DNA of 63,192 bases, counting the filler. It is 11 parts of 11 records of this genome, joined end to end, with 100 filler letters (N's around TTAATTAATTAA, not from the genome) between each part and the next. Parts side by side here need not be neighbours in the genome. Positions count along the whole stretch, not along the records: positions 51,746 to 59,774 come from SRR7504441_6945; positions 59,875 to 63,192 come from SRR7504441_6952; 9 more parts are not named here. One strand, written 5' to 3'. Position numbers and translations under genes: made by a program. Every line of letters starts with the position of its first letter. Position 1 is the first letter of the stretch. Below, in pieces: positions 54,801 to 63,192 of this stretch. The notes below the pieces were generated by a model. It saw only the letters and a program-made list of their open reading frames with translations, did not search any database and was not told where the DNA came from.

Positions 54801-57800
54801 AGATCAGACTGTCGAGCCAAGTATGATCAAGAGCTACGGCGATGGAAGTGAGTCACGGGCCAGTGCCGCGTGTCTGAGCAGCTGGTTGCCTGTCAGGTCA
54901 CTCTAGACAGTTTGAGCTCCCCTCAAACAGCTATCCCCATCCTGATAAAATTATCACAACCGAGGGTGAAACAGTACACGTGCCGTTTATGTGTACACCT
55001 GGCTTTGCTGGATGGTCTGCAGCCAAGTTGTCCACAGTTTTGGTCGACACGCTCTCACACGAAGACATGTCTGCCTGTATCAAGTTTAGCCCCGAAACGC
55101 AGGCACTTCAGATATCTGGGCTGCAAGCTGGAGACTACAAGCTTTTTCTCAAACAGCAACGCTTGGTGATAAGCATGAAAATAGCGCAAGGAGTGATGCT
55201 CAACCAGTCTGTGCTCACCTCAGACATGCAGATCCCTGTAACACCACAAGGGCTCTCCTTGACGATTGCAAATGTGACCAAGCAGAACGACTCATTGAAA
55301 ATCAGGCTTGCTGGTCATACTGACGAGAGCAGGGTACATCTTGTATGCTCAGAGTTTGTGTCCGATGATATACCTCTTGACAAGGCACTCTGCGCCAGCT
55401 GGCCTGCGCTTGCAAGTCCAAGCTATCGTAAGTTCAATGCTGCCTCGTATGTGGAAGGTGCGTGCATGCTGATCGCCTGCTTGACAATATTGAGCTATTT
55501 TCTGCCGCTGCAGGGCTTAAGATGGATCAGGAGGCTCAGTACATCATGGAGAGGCACCGAGCTATGGCTGCTGGCGAGATCACCGCAGGTAATTTGCTTG
55601 ACAGGCCGTCTTTGTTAGTCAATCCGATTGCTGTTCGGTTGTGCAACTTGAGCCAAACCAAGGATGGTTATGGCTCTTTGGGGGATGAAATGTGTCGGAA
55701 GATGCGTGCGCCTTGTGCACCTGACGATTGGAATAGGGGTGAAAGTAGGTACGCCCAGTGCGAGGAAATGCTCTCAAGGGAAAGGATGATGGATAAACGC
55801 TGGGGTGTTGACCTGGGACCGCCCGTTGCCCCTCCACTCGAGTTTGGGAAGCCATCGATGTTGCTCACAAATCTCAAACCTGGACCAGATGGAGCGACCG
55901 TGAGTGTCCCCCTCGAGTTCTTGACGGGCTACACGACTGTAAAGGTTTGAGTCCCTCGTGCAACTGCCTGATCCTGGAGTTGTTGTAGGTGGTGGCAGTT
56001 GACCATCGCATTGCTTGCAGTCGCAGTGTGCCATTGGAGCCTGCAGCATTCAAGCCAACGCGCAATCTGCAGTTGGCTACCTCCTTGAACCCAGGGGTCA
56101 AATTTGTTCAGTCCGACGAGATTTCGACAGTGCAATCAGGGGAAAGCCTGGATGTTGGTGACAGAACACTAATGGCCGTGATCAACACGCTCCAGGGCGC
56201 CCACTCGCTGATGGCTGCATGTGGGGCTGTTGGTGCAGAAGACAAACTGATTCACGATATGCTCAAATGGTCGACTGAATCTGAGCAGACTAAGCTCGGA
56301 GTTTATAGCCGCCATGCCTGTCACGAATTGAGCCTGTTCGTATTTTTCCGAGATCCAGAGTTCTTTGAGGCTATCTTGAAGCCTATCATAGCTAACAAGC
56401 TCTTCAAGACCTTCATTGACCAGTGGCTATTGGGAGAAGACGTCAGGTCCACTGCTGGGATGCGAACTTGGGCTGATTGCTTGTTTGTCGTGACAGCAAA
56501 TGGACTAGAGTTGACAAGTTTGCTGAGCTGAGTTGCTTTGAGCGCTGTCTTCTGGCAAAGTCCTCGACAGCGTCTGACAGGGAGACTATTCTCAACTCAG
56601 TTATTGAGCAGTGCAATGCATTGAAAGTCAGCAGCGCGACACAAGAGAAATGCTTCAATGCAGCACTGCAGAGCGCCGCTTTGGAGCAGGAGCCAGAAAT
56701 GGAGTGTGCTATCCCAGGTGGTGCACTAGCCTACGATATGGACTACTGTGAGGGGTTGGAGGAGGAGGAGGATGCTCCGGCAGGTGGGATGTTCGACGAC
56801 GACGACTATGGCGACAGCTTTGCCCACTCGCTTGCTGCGCCTTCCGCTGGTCCACCACCTCCACGGGCGTTGTATCGGGCGCCAGATCAGACGAAGGAAT
56901 ATGTTGAGAGTAACTACCGCGACGAGCTCCCAGATTCACGCAAGCCTGGCCTCACAAGAGTACCTTTCCACAAGTTTTGGTGGATTTCCGCCCCTGTCCA
57001 TCCAATTAATTTTACTGCAGGGGTGATTATGCCCAGCATCTCCTAGATTCACCTGAGAAACCCTTCGTCTCGAGCAATTTTGCAGATGCTGGTGCACCAG
57101 GGTTTAGTGCGACAGGTTACACACTGACCATAAATAAGAGCCTCTGAGGGTGGTATCTTGGCAGCCGCTGTATTGGCTGTGCTTGGTCTACCTGATATGG
57201 CGGCTGCATCGGAAGTTGTCGCTACAACAGAGAATGCTATTGTTCTCACCACCCAATCGCCATCCATTGTTTTCCATCGAGAGGTGAACTGGCCGCAGTC
57301 CAAAGCGCTGAGTCTGCCTTGGCTGCGCTCAGGTCAAGGGTGGCGAGGCAGAGATCTCTTCAATCATGCTGGGGCAGAACATGTTTGATCCTGCTGATCG
57401 TTTCACACATGATCCTGAGACTGGAGACGAGATTGACAAATACCAAGATCCGTCTGCGCTCAAAGAGGGCAAAGTCTACGGCGTTCAGGTGTACCTTGGG
57501 GCTGTCACGCAGCGCTCATCAATGCTTGCAGCTGGTTGTTACCAATGTGTCCCAAGAGCGACTGACGCTCTCAGCGCTTTTCCAGGTCGATTTTGTAGTC
57601 GGATATTTCCTGAGCTGCATGATTGTGCCCAGATTCCAGCTGGAACCATCCCGCTATTGGGTACCCGTTTCACAGACGTAAAAACTTTTGCCATTGGTGC
57701 GTATGAAACCAAACCTTTTGAATACTTCTTCTATTTTCCGAACAAAGGTCTTCAGCGTCCTAAGAAGTGTGCTGACACCTGCTGAAGGTACTTTTGACCA

Positions 57801-59559
57801 CTATCCAACCCAAATCTCGTGTGCGGGCAAAGTCGTTGCTTCTGCGGCACACCAACAGCTCACCATTGCGCCTAAAGGTGTCTTACTCCCGACATAGCTT
57901 CAGCCAGTTGCACTCAGATGAGGTCGTCGAGGAGGCACCAAGCAAGACATGGCGCTGGGTCTGCGAGAGAGCAAGATTGCCTGAATTGATCGAGGTCATC
58001 AACCTGCGAGCGGCCACTAAGCGTGTGGATAGGTTCTGCAACAGTGGCCTTGGGATCAATACAACATCGATCCTAGCGACCTTGAGTGGCGCATGACCAG
58101 CCCTGAAGTGTTTGAGGCGGTGACTGCCGAGCTGCGCCAGCAGGGAGCTTACGATCGACAACTCTGGAAGTACGGCTTCTTGCACAACGACGCACCCGCG
58201 GTCTGGGAGTACTTACAGATGGTACTGCCCCGGATGATCGAGAACCTGCCAGCGATCCAGTGCAGCATGGGCAAGGTTCAGCTTGAGGAGCTCGAGCACA
58301 TTGAGTTCTCCCCGCTGGTGAATGCAAGGGCTCACCAGGTAGCTGGAGCCCGGCAAGAGATTCACGCTGGGCTCAAAGAGCAGATCGAGCAGGTGATTGG
58401 TGTGTTGTTGCTGTGCCATGACTGTTCGCCACTCGCAGGTGTGTGAAAAGCTCTGCTGGGTGCCAGAGCTGACAGATCTGCAAATACTTGTGGCCAGCCA
58501 GATGCTCTGCGTTCAAGATAGACTCCAGGAGGCTGCTGGAATGCTCGAGAGAGTCGGACCAAACTGCTCGGGCACTGCCGAGATGCAGCAAGCCTACCTC
58601 AGAGCCTACATTGCTGCAGCCACCGGCAAGGCTGCAGATGCAATCAGATACGCTGCTCCTTTTGCAGAGGGCGGCAACAAGGCCTCACAGCTGTCGAAGC
58701 GATGGCAGCGTCGGTTTTCAGAGATCACATCTCATCAGCAAGGAGACGACGCTCCAAGCTCTTCCCAGTCAGATGGCCGGCAGGCAAGACTGGACAAGGT
58801 GACTGGTGTATGCTAGCACATTAATGAGCGATTTCGATACAGGCTGCTGCCGAAGCGGCAATCCTTGAGATTGACCCAAAATCTTTCCAGAATGGATCTG
58901 ATGATCTGATCCTCCGGTAAGTCTTGCCTCTGATCGACCTGAGCACATGGCGCTCCAGGCACAAGAATGCGGGGTCAACTGCAGTGGTGGGAATATACAA
59001 GATCGATCTGGAGCTTCTCTTCTCGAACAGTCCCTTCATTCAACAGGTCGGCCACTACCCGATACAGGTTGCTGAACCTGTGCTGGCCTACTGGCAGGAT
59101 GCCGGCAGCCTCAGTAAATTCAGTTCGATTGCGCCAACACACGAATGCACGCTGCCGCTGCTCGGGGACCAGTCAACAACTTCTCTAGGTGAGCTGCTTG
59201 GGGGCAACGAGCAGCTGCTGGCCCACGACGCAATAGTGTCTGTGGACACGGATAGCATCAGCTGCATGACACCGAGGTTTGCGAGCAAGCTCAACGTGCG
59301 CGTGCTTGCCAGTGCAGGGCAAGTCAAGGTCTGCGATGGCGATGGATCGCCGCTGCCGTGCGTGTACGTCAAGGCATATGCCAGGACCCACGGCGGATCC
59401 ACTCAGTTCTACAAGGATGGGTACACCGACAGGCGAGGGCGGTTCGACTATGTTTCGCTTTCGACCAGTCAGCTCAACAACGTGGCCCGGTTTGCCCTCC
59501 TCGTGGCCAGTCCGACCCACGGCTCGCTGGTGAAGCAAGCCGATCCTCCAGTCCAATGA
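51872..59559 (+). CDS. Giant intron-rich protein resembling large uncharacterised bacterial proteins and Dictyostelium AbpF-like proteins
   Basis: One same-strand chain of exons with ~40-50-nt introns. Motifs RFALAVDRE..L..L.PG, FGS.DIH..LT..QLDEL, GNLLDRPSLLVNP, YSRHACHELSLFVFFRDPEFF...NKLFKTFIDQWLL, HIEFSPLVNARAH, YVKAYAR..G..QFYKDGYTDRRGRFDY. Confidence 0.75.
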
Positions 59560-59875
59560 GGACACACGAGCTTCGTATGTTTAGTATATGTTTAGCGAGC
59601 ACGTAGCGAGCACAGCCTAGTTGGCTCGCCGTATGACTTAAACATGGTCAATTGTCTCTAAAGTCACGTTATCGCTACTGCAGTCCGTTGGAACAAAATC
59701 ACCACGTGTTTATCTCCGCTGTATCCCCGCTTCACTAGTGTTGCGTTGAAGAACTAAACCCCATGTGTGTGTGANNNNNNNNNNNNNNNNNNNNNNNNNN
59801 NNNNNNNNNNNNNNNNNNTTAATTAATTAANNNNNNNNNNNNNNNNNNNNNNNNNNNNNNNNNNNNNNNNNNNNG

Positions 59876-60634
59876 TACTTTGACAGTCAGGAGAACCAAC
59901 CCGAGCCGGCGGCCGTTCCCGAGCCGGCGGCCGCGCCTGGAGGGCGGCCTGCACTGCGGCGAGCGGTAGTGGTGCCTACGCAGTTTGGTGAGTTCAAGAT
60001 GGGCGAGCAGGGCAACCAGTGCGCCTACTGCGCCCACCAGTTTGCGCTGCACGCCCCAGGCCTGCTCGCGGCCTCGGGCGGCCAACGGACGGATCTGTAC
60101 CGAGAGTGCATGCGGCTAGGCACCGGCCACCGTCAGGCCACATGCGATAGCGGCCGGTCGATCCCGGTTGGCGAAAACGTGGACGATCCGCTGGTGCTGG
60201 CCAGCGCCGAGCGCACCCTGCGCGAGCAGCAGGACACGGTGGATCCGTTGCTAGGCTCGCCACGGATTGTCCGCGCCGCCCCGGGCGGGCTGTTCCACAT
60301 GACCAGGCAGCAGCTGCGACTGATGTTCCCAGACGAGGAGCTGGCCAGCAGGATTGAGGCAGCGAGTGACGAATCGCGGCACCCGGCAGCCAGCAGGGAG
60401 GAGTTTGAGCGAGTAGTGAGGGGGCTGGCGCCCGGGAAAGTTGTGGTGCTGGAGAGGCAGATCGAGGCGATGACGCTGATCCGGACTGATGCGGTAGACC
60501 CGTCGGAAGCAGTGCTAGTGTGCGACAGCCATTTGCCGGAGTGCGGGGTGCTCAGTGTGGAGGAGGCGATTGAGTACGTTTTCCACTTGATTCCAAACGC
60601 CGACTTCCCGCTCGTTTTCTTAGCGTCGCAATAG
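59876..60634 (+). CDS. Putative papain-fold deubiquitinase of viral-tegument-like (VTD / peptidase C76-like) type, 5' truncated
   Basis: Frame open from the contig edge. PTQFGEF....GNQCAYCA and later VLVCDSH match the Q..QC / DxH catalytic layout. Confidence 0.5.
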   Translation, partial: YFDSQENQPEPAAVPEPAAAPGGRPALRRAVVVPTQFGEFKMGEQGNQCAYCAHQFALHAPGLLAASGGQRTDLYRECMRLGTGHRQATCDSGRSIPVGENVDDPLVLASAERTLREQQDTVDPLLGSPRIVRAAPGGLFHMTRQQLRLMFPDEELASRIEAASDESRHPAASREEFERVVRGLAPGKVVVLERQIEAMTLIRTDAVDPSEAVLVCDSHLPECGVLSVEEAIEYVFHLIPNADFPLVFLASQ

Positions 60635-60749
60635 CATGACTGAGGGTAGCGCGGCAAGACCAACATGAGGGTGCCGCCTCCGCCTTGGGTACAATCATGT
60701 GTAAGGTTTCATCTGATCGTCATTGGTTTAATTTCATAAACAACCGAGA

Positions 60750-62617
60750 TCAGATCCGATACACGCCCATCTTCTTAGCTAGCATCTTCTTGTAGTCGTG
60801 GATATTGCCATCAAACCGCTTGACCGACTTTTCCTCGCAGACCCAAATCTCGTCGGCCACTTGGTCGATCAGCCTAAAGTCGTGAGACACTAGCACTACC
60901 CCCCCTCCAAAGTTTTTGATCGCCTGCGCCAGCCCATCCACCGCATCCACGTCCAAGTGATTAGTCGGCTCATCGAGTAACAAGATCCCGTTCTGCTTCA
61001 TGGCAATCATCGCAAATATCAGCCGGCTCTTCTGCCCATCTGATAACATCCCAACTGCCCACAGTCAGACCGGCCCGGCCCTAGCCACTCACTCGGCCTG
61101 GTCTGCACTCGGGTGGCGAATCCGAACTGGGCCAGGTAAGACCTCCAGACCTCCTCGTTCCACTTCTTGACAGACGGCGGAAACATCTTTCGCATGAAGT
61201 CGAGTGGAGACAGGTCAAGCTCAAGCACCTCAAGTGAGTGCTGGTGGTACTTGCCCAGCACCAAGTGCGGGTTCCGGTTGATCGTGCCCTCGGTCGGAGC
61301 CAGCTCGCCGCTCATTAGTTTGAGCAGCGTCGATTTACCACACCCGTTGGGGCCGACCAGCGCCACGCGAGAGTCGCAGTCTACCCCCATAGAGAGCTTA
61401 TCGTACAGATAGTCCTCGGGCTTGCCGCTGTAGGCGAAGCTGACGTCGTCGAAAGGCAGCACCGGCGGCGCGATACGGGCACACTCTGGGAATTCAAAGA
61501 CTAGTGAGAGCTCACGGACGACCGGGCGGTCGACCGACTCGTCCTTGACCTTCTCGAGCACCTTCTTCTTGCTCTTGGCCGACTGAGCCACGCCGTTGGC
61601 CCTGTTGACCCGGACGAATGTCTCCAGCTTCTCCATGTCGGCCTGCTGTTTCTCGTACTGCTTAAGCTGGATCCTCTCCTGCTCCCTGACCACCTTGACA
61701 AAGGTGTCATAATTCCCGCCATAATACGTGAGCGTCTTGTGCGCCAGGCTCACTGTGTGGGTGCACACCGCGTTCAGAAAGTCCTGCGAGTGGCTGATCA
61801 CGAACAAGCACTTGCTGTAGCTCGCCAGGTGTTCCTCCAGCCACACACACGCCTCCAGGTCAAGGTGATTAGTCGGCTCATCCAGCAGCAGAATCGCCGG
61901 CGCCGCGAACAGCGCTTTGGCCAACGATATCCGCATCCGCCAGCCCCCGGACATGTGCTTGGTCTGACGGTCCATAGGGACCAAATGATCAGCAAACCCG
62001 AGCCCGGAGAGGATTTTGCGGGCGACCGGCTCGTTACCCTCAGGGTCCAGCTCCTCGAGCCGGGCGTAGATCATGTCCAGCCGCTCGTCCTCCGGCCCGC
62101 AGTCCTCGATGATCTTCTCGCTAAGCGCCTCCAGCTTGGCCGCCTCGTCCTTCAGGTGGGCCACCACGGCCTCCACCCCGGTCTGCTCGGTCGGAGGCGC
62201 CTCTTCGTGCAAATGAAACACCGAGATGTGCTCCGGCAACGGGATGTCCCGCTGGGCGATCGCGGCCAGCACGTTACTCTTGCCGCTGCCATTGTCACCG
62301 ATCAGGCCGTACCGGCAGCCTTGGTTCAGCTCGAGCCGGCACTCGTCCACCAGCATGTTGCCGCCCACCGACACGGTGAACGCTTCAAACTTAATGTCCC
62401 GCGCGGCCGGCGGCGAGGCCAGCACCCCGGTCACCGCCCTGCTGGCCGCCACCCGCACCTGCTCGGCCGAGAGCTCATCGCCCTGTCGGAGCTCCGCGAT
62501 CGACTCCGCGGTGATTTCCTCGGCTGGGGCGCCCTCGGCCGGTAAGCCCGCAGCCGCCGCCTTCTTGGCTGCCTTCTTGGCCGCTGCCGCAGCAGCTTTC
62601 TTCTTGTCCTTGGCCAT
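60750..62617 (-). CDS. ABCF2: ABC-F family ATPase
   Basis: RAVTGVLAS.P..RDIK, GDNGSGKS, MSGGWRMR, LLDEPTNHLDLEACVWLE, GPNGCGKST, LSDGQKSR. One GT-AG intron near 61053-61090. Confidence 0.95.
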
Positions 62618-63192
62618 CGGGGAGAAAGGGGCGAGGAGCAAGAGAGAACAGGCGCCGCTCGTGTGCTCGCTCCTTTGACTTCACGCGCGGCGCCAGCGAA
62701 TTTTCCGCAAAGTGATCTGATCCTAAACGAACATGTCCGATCGAATGTAATCGAACAGGTAGGGTCCCTACGTAAGACTACACGATTCGAATATACTATT
62801 CGAATCCGCATTCGGCACGTAGCATTAATGATTCAAGCATTCGGCACCTAGATATACTGGCTCTACATGTAATATACATGTAGCAGCAGCCAGCGCGGAT
62901 AGTTCATCCGCCACTCGTCGACTCGTCGAACTGTCGAACCAGGGTCAGAGAGTCGGCTCACGCTTCCACTAGCCAGCTGAACCAAGGCACTAGTAGCCTC
63001 CTGCACAACTGTGAGACACGCCATGATATTGAGCAAATCACCGCAAGCGAGAGACGGCCGCATAGCTTTGACATGCCCCGGATGGTCCTGGCCCTCCGAC
63101 ATAGCGACGATTACAGTATTCCAGTATTACAGTACGAGTATCAGTATGCAGTATAGTATGACCTTTGTTGTATCTTGGTTCAAAATTTATTG

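Noticed and set aside
51872..59559. Frameshifted pseudogene, stop-codon reassignment or programmed frameshifting
   Set aside because: Every break I traced is resolved by a short GT-AG or GC-AG intron, and genes end in TAA, TAG and TGA normally.
3575..59874. Regularly recurring TTAATTAATTAA as a biological repeat or CRISPR-like array
   Set aside because: Always centred in identical N padding; it is a six-frame-stop concatenation linker.
62863..63102. 79-aa minus-strand ORF upstream of ABCF2
   Set aside because: No motif and no clear codon bias; cannot be supported as a gene.

Overview
This window is not one locus. It is 11 unrelated contigs joined by identical artificial 100-nt spacers (44 N + TTAATTAATTAA + 44 N), so gene neighbourhood across spacers means nothing. 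The DNA is from a gene-dense, GC-rich eukaryote, probably a protist; the lineage cannot be fixed from the sequence. It uses the standard code and has many short spliceosomal introns, mostly about 36-50 nt, GT-AG with some GC-AG. I spliced genes by hand and support about 30 protein genes. Conserved genes: WDR81, SIN3, ERCC6/CSB, ABCF2, SELENBP1-like, FKGP, CCDC6, a P1B ATPase, an arylsulfatase, a sulfotransferase, a GH18, a SET protein and an EEP hydrolase. Most unusual candidates: a TIP41-WD40 fusion, a Mid1/FAM155-like Cys-rich protein, a viral-tegument-like deubiquitinase, a RING-S/T protein with a CxxC tail, a His-repeat heavy-metal ATPase, an intron-rich giant protein resembling a bacterial family, and a tandem AAA ATPase with Pvc15/Afp15-like modules. 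Genes mostly alternate head-to-head and tail-to-tail with very short spacers. I saw no rRNA, tRNA, CRISPR array or intact transposon. All family calls come from motif recognition, not database searches.
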